64,000 bases of DNA from Euprymna scolopes. Its lineage: Eukaryota. This document shows positions 37,801 through 52,800 of this stretch, piece by piece. Where the stretch lies: assembly GCA_053919585.1 (NCBI GenBank), contig CM132786.1, one strand, 5' to 3'. Below the pieces are notes generated by a model that did no database searches, was not told the origin of the DNA, and worked only from the letters and a program-made list of their open reading frames with translations. Position 1 is the stretch's first letter; each line of letters opens with the position of its first letter. The translations under genes and the position numbers were made by a program.

Positions 37801-40800
37801 ATTTTTTTAAATACAATTTCCGTGAATTTTACGATACTATTTCCGTGAATTTTACGATACTATTTCCGCGAATTTTACGATACTATTTCTGCGATTTTTT
37901 CAATACTATTTCCGTGAATTTTACGATACTATTTCCGTGAATTTTACGATACTATTTCTGCGATTTTTTCAATACTATTTCCGTGAATTTTACGATACTA
38001 TTTCCGTGAATTTTACGATACTATTTCCGTGAATTTTACGATACTATTTCCTTGAATTTTACGATACTATTTCCGTGAATTTTACGATACTATTTCTGCG
38101 ATTTTTTCAATACTATTTCCGTAAATTTTACGATACTATTTCCGTGAATTTTACGATACTATTTCTGCAATTTTTTTAAATACAATTTCCGTGAATTTTA
38201 CGATACTATTTCCGTGAATTTTACGATACTATTTCCGCGAATTTTACGATACTATTTCCGTGAATTTTACGATACTATTTCCGTGAATTTTACGATACTA
38301 TTTGTGCGATTGTTTCAATACTATTTCCGTGAATTTTACGATACTATTTCCGTGAATTTTACGATACTATTTCCGTGAATGTTACGATACTATTTCCGTG
38401 AATTTTACGATACTATTTCTGCGATTTTTTAAATACTGTTTCCGTGAATTATACGATACTATTTCTGTGAATTTTACGATAATATTTCTGCAATTTTTTC
38501 AATACTATTTCCGTGAATTTTACGATACTATTTCCGTGAATTTTACGATACTATTTCCGTGAATTTTACGATACTATTTCCGTGAATTTTACGATACTAT
38601 TTCCGTGAATTTTACGATACTATTTCCGCGAATTTTTCAATACTGTTTTTGTGAATTTTACGATACTATTTCCGTTAATTTTACGATACTATTTCCGTGA
38701 ATGTTACGATACTATTTCCGTGAATGTTACGATACTATTTCCGCGAATTTTACGATACTATTTCCGTGAATTTTACGATACTATTTCCGTGAATGTTACG
38801 ATACTATTTCTGCGATTTTTTCAATACTATTTCCGTGAATTTTACGATACTATTTCCGTGAATTTTACGATACTATTTCCGTGAATTTTACGATACTATT
38901 TCCGTGAATTTTACGATACTATTTCTGCGATTTTTTCAATACTATTTCCGTGAATTTTACGATACTATTTCCGTGAATTTTACGATACTATTTCTGCGAT
39001 TTTTTCAATACTATTTCCGGGAATTTAACGATACTATTTCCGTGAATTTTACGATACTATTTCCGTGAATTTTACGATACTATTTCCGTGAATTTTACGA
39101 TACTATTTCCGTGAATTTTACGATACAATTTCTGCGATTTTTTCAATACTATTTCCGCGAATATTACGATACTATTTCCGTGAATTTTACGATACAATTT
39201 CCGTGAATGTTACGATACTATTTCCGTGAATTTTACGATACTATTTCCGTGAATTTTACGATACTACTTCCGTGAATTTTACGATACTATTTCTGCGATT
39301 TTTTCAATACTATTTCCGCGAATTTTACGATACTATTTCCGTGAATTTTACGATACTATTTCCGTGAATGTTACGATACTATTTCCGTGAATGTTACGAT
39401 ACTATTTCCGTGATTTTTACGATACTATTTCCGTGAATTTTACGATACTATTTCCGTGAATTTTACGATACAATTTCCGTGAATTTTACGATACTATTTC
39501 TGTGATTTTTTCAATCCTATTTCCGTGAATTTTACGATACTATTTCCGTGAATTTAACGATTCTATTTCCGTGAATTTTACGATACTATTTCCGTGAATT
39601 TTACGATACTATTTCTGCGATTTTTTCAATACTATTTCCGTGAATTTTACGATACTATTTCCGTGAATTTTACGATACTATTTCTGCGATTTTTTCAATA
39701 CTATTTCCGTGAATTTAACGATACTATTTCCGTGAATTTTACGATACTATTTCCGTGAATTTTACGATACTATTTCCGTGAATTTTACGATACTATTTCC
39801 GTGAATTTTACCATACAATTGCTGCGATTTTTTCAATACTATTTCCGTAAATTTTACGATACTATTTCCGTGAATTTTACGATACTATTTCTGCGATTTT
39901 TTTAAATACTATTTCCGTGAATTTTACGATACTATTTCCGTGAATTTTACGATACTATTTCCGTGAATTTTACGATACTATTTCCGTGAATTTTACGATA
40001 CTATTTCCGTGAATTTTACGATACTATTTGTGCGATTTTTTCAATACTATCTCCGTGAATTTTACGATACTATTTCCGTGAATTTTACGATACTATTTCC
40101 GTGAATTTTACGATACTATTTCCGTGAATTTTACGATACTATTTCCGTGAATTTTACGATACTATTTCTGCGATTTTTTCAATAGTATTTCCGCGAATTT
40201 TACGATACTATTTCCTTAAATTTTACGATACTATTTCTGTGAATTTTACGATACTATTTCCGTGAATTTTATGATACTATTTCCGTAAACTTTACGATAC
40301 TATTTCCGTGAATTTTACGATACTATTTCTGCGATCTTTTTCAATACTATTTCCGTGAATTTTACGATAATATTTCCGTGAATTTTACGATACTATTTCT
40401 GCGATGTTTTCAATACGATTTCCGTGAATTTACGATACAATTTCCGTGAATTTTACGATACTATTTCCGTGAATTTTACGATACTATTTCCCTGAATTCT
40501 ACGATACAATTTCTGCGATTTTTTCAATAATATTTCCGTGAATTTTACGATACTATTTCCGTGAATTTTAGGATAATATTTCCGTGAATTTTACGATACT
40601 ATTTCCGTGAATTTTACGATACTATTTCCGTGAATTTTACGATACTATTTCCGCGAATTTTTCAATACTATTTCACCGAATTTTACGATACTATTTCCGT
40701 GAATGTTACGATACTATTTCTGCGATTTTTTCAATACTATTTCCGTGAATTTTACGAGACTATTTCCGTGAATTTTACGATTCTATTTCCGTGAATTTTA

Positions 40801-43800
40801 CGATACTATTTCCGTGAATCTTACGATACTATTTCTGCGATTTTTTCAATACTATTTCCGTGAATTTTACGATACTATTTCCGTGAATTTTACGATACTA
40901 TTTCTACGATTTTTTCAATAATATTTCCGTGAATTTTACGATACTATTTCCGTGAATTTTACGATACTATTTCCGTGAATTTTACGATACTATTTCCGTG
41001 AATTTTACGATACTATTTCCGTGAATTTTACGATACTATTTCTGCGATTTTTTCAATACTATTTCCGCGAAGTTTACGATACTATTTCCGTGAATTTTAC
41101 GATACTATTTCCGTGAATGTTACGATACTATTTCCGTGAATTTACGATACTATTTCCGTGAATTTTACGATACTATTTCCGTGAATTTTACGATACTATG
41201 TCTGCGATTTTTTCAATACTATTTCCGCGAATTTTACGATATAATTTCCGTGAATTTTACGATACTATTTCCGTGAATGTTACGATACTATTTCCGTGAA
41301 TGTTACGATACTATTTCCGTGAATTTTACGATACAATTTCCGCGAATTTTACGATACTATTTCCGTGAATTTTACGATACTATTTCCGTGAATGTTACGA
41401 TACTATTTCCGTGAATTTTACGATACTATTTCCGTGAATGTTACGAGACTATTTCCGTGAATGTTACGATACTATTTCCGTGAATTTTACGATACTATAT
41501 CCGTGAATTTTACGATACTATTTCCGTGAATTTACGATACTATTTCCGTGAATGTTACGATACTATTTCTGCGATTTTTTCAATACTATTTCCGTGAATT
41601 TTACGATACTATTTCCGTGAATTTTACGATTCTATTTCCGTGAATTTTACGATACTATTTTCGTGAATTTTACGATACTATTTCTGCGATTTTTTCAATA
41701 CTATTTCCGTGAATTTACGACACTATTTCCGTGAAATTTACGATACTATTTCTGCGATTTTTTCAATACTCTTTCCGTGAATTTTACGATACTATTTCCG
41801 TGAATTTTACGATACTATTTCCGTGAATGTTACGATACTATTTCCGTGAATGTTACGATACTATTTCCGTGAATTTTACGATACTATTTCCGCGCATTTT
41901 ACGATAATATTTCCGGGAATTTTACGATACAATTTCCGTGAATTTTACGATACTATTTCTGCGATATTTTCAATCCTATTTCCGTGAATTTTACGATACT
42001 ATTTCCGTGAATTTTACGATTCTATTTCCGTGAATTTTACGATACTATTTCCGTGAATTTTACGATACTATTTCTGCGATTTTTTCAATACTATTTCCGT
42101 GAATTTTACGATACTATTTCCGTGAATTTTACGATACTATTTCTGCGATTTTTTCAATACTATTTCCGTGAATTTTACGATACTATTTCCGTGAATTTTA
42201 CGATACTATTTCCGTGAATTTTACGATACTATTTCCGTGAATTTTACGATACTATTTCCGTGAATTTTACGATACTATTTCTGCGATTTTTTCAATACTA
42301 TTTCCGTAAATTTTACGATACTATTTCCGTGAATTTTACGATACTATTTCTGCAATTTTTTTAAATACAATTTCCGTGAATTTTACGATACTATTTCCGT
42401 GAATTTTACGATACTATTTCCGCGAATTTTACGATACTATTTCTGCGATTTTTTCAATACTATTTCCGTGAATTTTACGATACTATTTCCGTGAATTTTA
42501 CGATACTATTTCTGCGATTTTTTCAATACTATTTCCGTGAATTTTACGATACTATTTCCGTGAATTTTACGATACTATTTCCGTGAATTTTACGATACTA
42601 TTTCCTTGAATTTTACGATACTATTTCCGTGAATTTTACGATACTATTTCTGCGATTTTTTCAATACTATTTCCGTAAATTTTACGATACTATTTCCGTG
42701 AATTTTACGATACTATTTCTGCAATTTTTTTAAATACAATTTCCGTGAATTTTACGATACTATTTCCGTGAATTTTACGATACTATTTCCGCGAATTTTA
42801 CGATACTATTTCCGTGAATTTTACGATACTATTTCCGTGAATTTTACGATACTATTTGTGCGATTGTTTCAATACTATTTCCGTGAATTTTACGATACTA
42901 TTTCCGTGAATTTTACGATACTATTTCCGTGAATGTTACGATACTATTTCCGTGAATTTTATAGTACTATTTCCGTGAACTTTACGATACTATTTCCGTG
43001 AATTTTACGATACTATTTCTGCGATTTTTTTACATTACTATTTCCGTGAATTTTACGATACTATTTCCGTGAATTTTACGATACTATTTCGGAGATGTTT
43101 TCAATACGATTTCCGTGAATTTACGATACAATGTCCGTGAATTTTACGATACTATTTCCGTGAATTTTACGAAACTATTTCCGTGAATTCTACGATAAAA
43201 TTTCTGCGATTTTTTCAATAATATTTCCGTGAATTTTACGATACTATTTCCGTGAATTTTACGATACTATTTCCGTGAATTTTACGATACTATTTCTGCG
43301 ATATTTTCAATACTATTTCCGTGAATTTTACGATACTATTTCCGCGAATTTTACGATACTATTTCCGTGAATTTTACGATTCTATTTCCGTGAATTTTAC
43401 TATACTATTTCCGTGAATTTTACGATACTATTTCCGTGAATTTTACGATACTATTTCCGTGAATTTTACGATACTATTTCCGTGAATTTTACGATACTAT
43501 TTCCGTGAATGTTACGATACTGTTTCCGTAAATTTTACGATACTATTTCCGTGAATGTTACGATACTATTTCCGTGAATTTTACGATACTATTTCCGCGA
43601 ATTTTACGATACTATTTCCGTGAATTTTACGATAATATTTCTGCGATTTTTTAAATACTGTTTCCGTGAATTATACGATACTATTTCTGTGAATTTTACG
43701 ATACTATTTCTGCGATTTTTTCAATACTATTTCCGTGAATTTTACGATACTATTTCCGTGAATTTTACGATACTATTTCCGTGAATTTTACGATACTATT

Positions 43801-46800
43801 TCCGTGAATTTTACGATACTATTTCCGTGAATTTTACGATAGTATTTCCGCGAATGTTTCAATACTATGTCACCGAATTTTACGATACTATTTCCGTGAA
43901 TGTTACGATACTATTTCTGCGAATATTTCAATACTATTTCCGTGAATTTTACGATACTATTTCCGTGAATTTTACGATTTTATTTCCGTAAATTTTACGA
44001 TACTATTTCCGTGAATTTTACGATACTATTTCTGCGATTTTTTCAATACTATTTCCTTGAATTTTACGATACTATTTCCGTGAATTTTACGATACTATTT
44101 CTGCGATTTTTTCAATACTATTTCCGTGAATGTTACGATACTATTTCCGTGAATTTTACGATACTATTTCCGTGAATTTTACGATACTATTTCCGTGAAT
44201 TTTACGATACTATTTCCGTGAATTTTACGATACTATTTCTGCGATTCTTTCAATACTTTTTCCGCGAATTTTACGATACTATTTCCGTGAATTTTACGAT
44301 ACTATTTCCGTGAATGTTACGATACTATTTCCGTGAATTTACGATACTATTTCCGTGAATTTTACGATACTATTTCCGTGAATTTTACGATACTATGTCT
44401 GCGATTTTTTCAATACTATTTCCGCGAATTTTACGATATTATTTCCGTGAATTTTACGATACTATTTCCGTGAATGTTACGATACTATTTCCGTGAATGT
44501 TACGATACTATTTCCGTGAATTTTACGATACTATTTCCGCGAATTTTACGATACTATTTCCGTGAATTTTACGATACTATTTCCGTGAATGTTACGATAC
44601 TATTTCCGTGAATTTTACGGTACTATTTCCGTGAATTTTACGAGACTATTTCCGTGAATGTTACGATACTATAACCGTGAATTTTACGATACTATTTCCG
44701 TAAATTTTACGATACTATTTCCGTGAATTTACGATACTATTCCTGTGAATGTTACGATACTATGTCTGCGATTTTTTCAATACTATTTCCGTTAATCTTA
44801 CGATACTATTTCCGTGTATTTTACGATTCTATTTCCGTTAATTTTACGATACTATTTCCGTGAATTTTACGATACTATTGCTGCGATTTTTTCAATACTA
44901 TTTCCGTGAATTTTACGACATTATTTCCGTGAATTTTACGATACTATTTCTGCGATTTTTTCAATAATATTTCCGTGAATTTTACGATACTATTTCCGTG
45001 AATTTTACGATACTATTTCTGCGATTTTTTCAATACTATTTCCGCGAATTTTACGATACTATTTCCGTGAATTTTACGATACTATTTCCGTGACTTTTAC
45101 GATACTATTTCTGCGATTTTTTCAATACTATTTCCGTGAATTTTACGATCCTATTTCCGTGAATTTTACGATACTATTTCCGTGAATTTTACGATACTAT
45201 TTCCGTGAATTTTACGATTCTATTTCCGTGAATTTTACGATACTATTTCCGTGAATTTTACGATACTATTTCTGCGATTTTTTCAATATTATTTCCGTGA
45301 ATTTTACGACACTATTTCCGTGAATTTTACGATACTATTTCTGCGATTTTTTCAATACTATTTCCGTGAATTTTACGATACTATTTCCGTGAATTTTACG
45401 ATACTATTTCCGTGAATTTTACGATACTATTTCCGTGAATTTTACGATACTATTTCCGTGAATTTTACGATACTATTTCCGTGAATTTTACGATACTATT
45501 TCTGCGATTTTTTTCAATACTATTTCCGCGAATTTTACGATACTATTTCCTTGAATTTTACGATACTATTTCCGTGAATTTTACGATACTATTTCCGTGA
45601 ATTTTACGATACTATTTCCGTGAATTTTACGATACTATTTCCGTGAATTTTACGATACTATTTCCGTGAATTTTACGATACTATTTCTGCGATTTTTTCA
45701 ATATTATTTTCGTGAATTGTACGACACTTTTTCCGTGAATTTTACGATACTATTTGTGCGATTTTTTCAATACTATTTCCGTGAATTGTACGATACTATT
45801 TCCGTGAATTTTACGATACTATTTCCGTGAATTTTACGATAATATTTCCGTGAATTTTACGATACTATTTCCGTGAATTTTACGATACTATTTCTGCGAT
45901 TTTTTCAATACTATTTCCGCGAATTTTACGATACTATTTCCGTGAATTTTACGATACTATTTCCGTGAATGTTACGATACTATTTCCGTGAATGTTACGA
46001 TACTATTTCCGTGAATTTTACGATACTATTTCCGCGAATTTTACGATACTATTGCCGTGAATTTTACGATACTATTTCCGTGAATGTTACGATACTATTT
46101 CTGCGATTTTTTCAATACTATTTCAGTGAATTTTACGATACTATTTCCGTGAATTTTACGATTCTATTTCCGTGAATTTTACGATACTATTTCCGTGAAT
46201 TTTACGATACAATTTCTGCGATTTTTTCAATACTATTTCCGTGAATTTTACGATACTATTTCCGTGAATTTTACGATAATATTTCTGCGATTTTTTCAAT
46301 ACTATTTCCGTGAATTTTACGATACTATTTCCGTGAATTTTACGATACTATTTCCGTGAATTTTACGATACTATTTCCGTGAATTTTACGATACTATTTC
46401 CGTGAATTTTACGATACTATTTCCGTGAATTTTACGATACTATTTCTGCGATTTTTTCAATACTATTTCCGTAAATTTTACGATACTATTTCCGTGAATT
46501 TTACGATACTATTTCTGCGATTTTTTTAAATACTATTTCCGTGAATTTTACGATAGTATTTCAGTGAATTTTACGATACTATTTCCGTGAATTTTACGAA
46601 ACTATTTCCGTGAATTCTACGATACAATTTCTGCGATTTTTTCAATAATATTTCCGTGAATGTAACGATACTATTTCCGTGAATTTTACGATACTATTTC
46701 CGGGAATTTTACGATACTATTTCCGTGAATTTTACGATACTATTTCCGTGAATTTTACGATACTATTTCTGCGATATTTTCAATACTATTTCCGTGAATT

Positions 46801-49800
46801 TTACGATACTGTTTCCGTAAATTTTACGATACTATTTCCGTGAATGTTTCGATACTATTTCCGTGAATTTTACGATACTATTTCCGCGAATTTTACGATA
46901 CTATTTCCGTGAATTTTACGATAATATTTCTGCGATTTTTTAAATACTGTTTCCGTGAATTATACGATACTATTTCTGTGAATTTTACGATACTATTTCT
47001 GCGATTTTTTCAATACTATTTCCGTGAATTTTACGATACTATTTCCGTAAATTTTACGATACTATTTCCGTGAATTTTACGATACTATTTCCGTGAATTT
47101 TACGATACTATTTCCGTGAATTTTACGATAGTATTTCCGCGAATGTTTCAATACTATTTCACCGAATTTTACGATACTATTTCCGTGAATGTTACGATAC
47201 TATTTCTGCGATTTTTTCAATACTATTTCCGTGAATTTTACGATACTATTTCCGTGAATTTTACGATTCTATTTCCGTGAATTTTACGATACTATTTCCG
47301 TGAATTTTACGATACTATTTCTGCGATTTTTTCAATACTATTTCCGTGAATTTTACGATACTATTTCCGTGAATTTTACGATACTATTTCCGTGAATTTT
47401 ACGATACTATTTCCGTGAATTTTACGATACTATTTCCGTGAATTTTACGATACTATTTCTGCGATTTTTGCAATACTTTTTCCGCGAATTTTACGATACT
47501 ATTTCCGTGAATTTTACGATACTATTTCCGTGAATGTTACGATACTATTTCCGTGAATTTACGATACTATTTCCGTGAATTTTACGATACTATTTCCGTG
47601 AATTTTACGATACTATGTCTGCGATTTTTTCAATACAATTTCCGCGAATTTTACGATATTATTTCCGTGAATTTTACGATACTATTTCCGTGAATGTTAC
47701 GATACTATTTCCGTGAATGTTACGATACTATTTCCGTGAATTTTACGATACTATTTCCGCGAATTTTACAATACTATTTCCGTGAATTTTACGATACTAT
47801 TTCCGTGAATGTTACGATACTATTTCCGTGAATTTTACGGTACTATTTCCGTGAATTTTACGAGACTATTTCCGTGAATGTTACGATACTATTTCCGTGA
47901 ATTTTACGATACTATTTCCGTAAATTTTACGATACTATTTCCGTGAATTTTCGATACTATTTCCGTGAATGTTACGATACTATGTCTGCGATTTTTTCAA
48001 TACTATTTCCGTGAATCTTACGATACTATTTCCGTGAATTTTAAGATTCTATATCCGTGAATTTTACGATACTATTTCCGTGAATTTTACGATACTATTT
48101 CTGCGATTTTTTCAATACTATTTCCGTGAATTTTACGACACTATTTCCGTGAATTTTACGATACTATTTCTGCGATTTTTTCAATACTATTTCCGTGAAT
48201 TTTACGATACTATGTCCTTGACTTTTACGATACTATTTCTGCGATTTCTTCAATACTATTTCCGTGAATTTTACGATCCTATTTCCGTGAATTTTACGAT
48301 ACTATTTCCGTGAATTTTACGATACTATTTCCGTGAATTTTCCGATTCAATTTCCGTGAATTTTACGAAACTATTTCCGTGAATTCTACGATACAATTTC
48401 TGCGATTTTTTCAATAATATTTCCGTGAATTTAACGATACTATTTCCGTGAATTTTACGATACTATTTCCGTGAATTTTACGATACTATTTCCGTGAATT
48501 TTACGATACTATTTCCGTGAATTTTACGATACTATTTCTGCGATATTTTCAATACTATTTCCGTGAATTTTACGATACTGTTTCCGTAAATTTTACGATA
48601 CTATTTCCGTGAATGTTTCGATACTATTTCCGTGAATTTTACGATACTATTTCCGCGAATTTTACGATACTATTTCCGTGAATTTTACGATAATATTTCT
48701 GCGATTTTTTAAATACTGTTTCCGTGAATTATACGATACTATTTCTGTGAATTTTACGATACTATTTCTGCGATTTTTTCAATACTATTTCCGTGAATTT
48801 TACGATACTATTTCCGTGAATTTTACGATACTATTTCCGTGAATTTTACGATACTATTTCCGTGAATTTTACGATACTATTTCCGTGAATTTTACGATAG
48901 TATTTCCGCGAATGTTTCAATACTATTTCACCGAATTTTACGATACTATTTCCGTGAATGTTACGATACTATTTCTGCGATTTTTTCAATACTATTTCCG
49001 TGAATTTTACGATACTATTTCCGTGAATTTTACGATTCTATTTCCGTGAATTTTACGATACTATTTCCGTGAATTTTACGATACTATTTCTGCGATTTTT
49101 TCAATACTATTTCCGTGAATTTTACGATACTATTTCCGTGAATTTTACGATACTATTTCCGTGAATTTTACGATACTATTTCCGTGAATTTTACGATACT
49201 ATTTCCGTGAATTTTACGATACTATTTCTGCGATTTTTGCAATACTTTTTCCGCGAGTTTTACGATACTATTTCCGTGAATTTTACGATACTATTTCCGT
49301 GAATGTTACGATACTATTTCCGTGAATTTACGATACTATTTCCGAGAATTTTACGATACTATTTCCGTGAATTTTACGATACTATGTCTGCGATTTTTTC
49401 AATACTATTTCCGCGAATTTTACGATATTATTTCCGTGAATTTTACGATACTATTTCCGTGAATGTTACGATACTATTTCCGTGAATGTTACGATACTAT
49501 TTCCGTGAATTTTACGATACTATTTCCGCGAATTTTACAATACTATTTCCGTGAATTTTACGATACTATTTCCGTGAATGTTACGATACTATTTCCGTGA
49601 ATTTTACGGTACTATTTCCGTGAATTTTACGAGACTATTTCCGTGAATGTTACGATACTATTTCCGTGAATTTTACGATACTATTTCCGTAAATTTTACG
49701 ATACTATTTCCGTGAATTTTCGATACTATTTCCGTGAATGTTACGATACTATGTCTGCGATTTTTTCAATACTATTTCCGTGAATCTTACGATACTATTT

Positions 49801-52800
49801 CCGTGAATTTTACGATTCTATATCCGTGAATTTTACGATACTATTTCCGTGAATTTTACGATACTATTTCTGCGATTTTTTCAATACTATTTCCGTGAAT
49901 TTTACGACACTATTTCCGTGAATTTTACGATACTATTTCTGCGATTTTTTCAATACTATTTCCGTGAATTTTACGATACTATTTCCGTGAGTTTTACGAT
50001 ACTATTTCCGTGTATGTTACGATACTATTTCTGCGATTTTTTCAATACTATTTCCGTGAATTTTACGATACTATGTCCTTGACTTTTACGATACTATTTC
50101 TGCGATTTCTTCAATATTATTTCCGTGAATTTTACGATCCTATTTCCGTGAATTTTACGATACTATTTCCGTGAATTTTACGATACAATTTCCGTGAATT
50201 TTACGATTCAATTTCCGTGAATTTTACGATACTATTTCCGTGAATTTTACGATACTATTTCTGCGATTTTTTCAATATTATTTCCGTGAATTTTACGACA
50301 CTATTTCCGTGAATTTTACGATACTATTTCTGCGATTTTTTCAATACTATTTCCGTGAATTATACGATACTATTTCCGTGAATTTTACGATACTATTTCC
50401 GTGAATTTTACGATACTTTTTCCGTGAATTTTACGATACTATTTCATTGAATTTTACGATACTATTTCTGCGATTTTTTCAATACTACTTCCGCGAATTT
50501 TACGATACTATTTCCGTGAATTTTACGATACTATTTCCGTGAATTTTACGATACTATTTCTGCGATTTTTTCAATATAATTTCCGTGAATTTTACGATAC
50601 TATTTCCGTGACTTTTACGATACTATTTCTGCGATTTTTTCAATACTATTTCCGTGAATTTTACGATCCTATTTCCGTGAATTTTACGATACTATTTCCG
50701 TGAATTTTACGATACTATTTCCGTGAATTTTACGATACTATTTCCGTGAATTTAACGATACTATTTCCGTGAATTTTACGATACTATTTCTGCGATTTTT
50801 TCAATACTATTTCAGTGAATTTTACGATACTATTTCCGTGAATTTTACGATTCTATTTCCGTGAATTTTACGATACTATTTCCGTGAATTTTACGATACA
50901 ATTTCTGCGATTTTTTCAATTCTATTTCCGTGAATTTTACGATACTATTTCCGTGAATTTTACGATACTATTTCTGCGATTTTTTCAATACTATTTCCGT
51001 GAATTTTACGATACTATTTCCGTGAATTTTACGATACTATTTCCGTGAATTTTACGATACTATTTCCGTGAATTTTACGATACTATTTCCGTGAATTTTA
51101 CGATACTATTTCCGTGAATTTTACGATACTATTTCTGCGATTTTTTCAATACTATTTCCGTAAATTTTACGATACTATTTCCGTGAATTTTACGATACTA
51201 TTTCTGCGATTTTTTTAAATACTATTTCCGTGAATTTTACGATAGTATTTCCGTGAATTTTACGATACTATTTCCGTGAATTTTACGATACTATTTCCGT
51301 GAATTTTACGATACTATTTCCGTGAATTTTACGATACTATTTGTGCGATTTTTTCAATACTATTTCCGTGAATTTTACGATACTATTTCCGTGAATTTTA
51401 CGATACTATTTCCGCAAATTTTACGATACTGTTTCCGTGAATTTTACGATACTATTTCCGTGAATTTTACGATACTATTTCTGTGATTTTTTTTATACTA
51501 TTTCCGCGAATTTTACGATACTATTTCCGTGAATTTTACGATACTATTTCCGTGAATGTTACGATACTATTTCCGTGAATTTTATAGTACTATTTCCGTG
51601 AACTTTACGATACTATTTCCGTGAATTTTACGATACTCTTTCTGCGATTTTTTTCAATACTATTTCCGTGAATTTTACGATACTATTTCCGTGAATTTTA
51701 CGATACTATTTCTGCGATGTTTTCAATACGATTTCCGTGAATTTACGATACAATCTCCGTGAATTTTACGATACTATTTCCGTGAATTTTACGATACTAT
51801 TTCTGTGATTTTTTTAATACTATTTCCGCGAATTTTACGATACTATTTCCGTGAATTTTACGATACTATTTCCGTGAATTTTACGATACTATTTCCGTGA
51901 ATTTTATAGTACTATTTCCGTGAACTTTACGATACTATTTCCGTGAATTTTACGATACTATTTCTGCGATTTTTTTCAATACTATTTCCGTGAATTTTAC
52001 GATACTATTTCTGCGATGTTTTCAATACGATTTCCGTGAATTTACGATACAATTTCCGTGAATTTTACGATACTATTTCCGTGAATTTTACGATACTATT
52101 TCCGTGAATTCTACGATACAATTTCTGCGATTTTTTCAATAATATTTCCGTGAATTTTACGATACTATTTCCGTGAATTTTACGATACTATTTCCGTGAA
52201 TGTTACGATACTATTTCCGTGAATGTTACGATACTATTTCCGCGAATTTTACGATACTATTTCCGTGACTTTTACGATTCTATTTCCGTGAATTTCACGA
52301 TACTATTTCCGTGAATTTTACGATACTATTTCCGTGAATTTTACGATACTATTTCCGTGAATTTTACGATACTATTTCTGCGATTTTTTCAATACTATTT
52401 CCGCAAATTTTAGTATACTGTTTCCGTAAATTTTACGATACTTTTTCCGTGAATGTTACGATACTATTTCCGTGAATTTTACGATACTATTTCCGCGAAT
52501 TTTACGATACTATTTCCGTGAATTTTACGATAATATTTCTGCGATTTTTTAAATACTGTTTCCGTGAATTATACGATACTCTTTCTGTGAATTTTACGAT
52601 ACTATTTCTGCGATTTTTTCAATACTATTTCCGTGAATTTTACGATACAATTTCCGTGAATTTTACGATACTATTTCCGTGTATTTTACGATACTATTTC
52701 CGTGAATTTTACGATACTATTTCCGTGAATTTTACGATACTATTTCCGTGAATTTTACGATACTATTTGTGCGATTTTTTCAATACTATTTCCGTGAATT

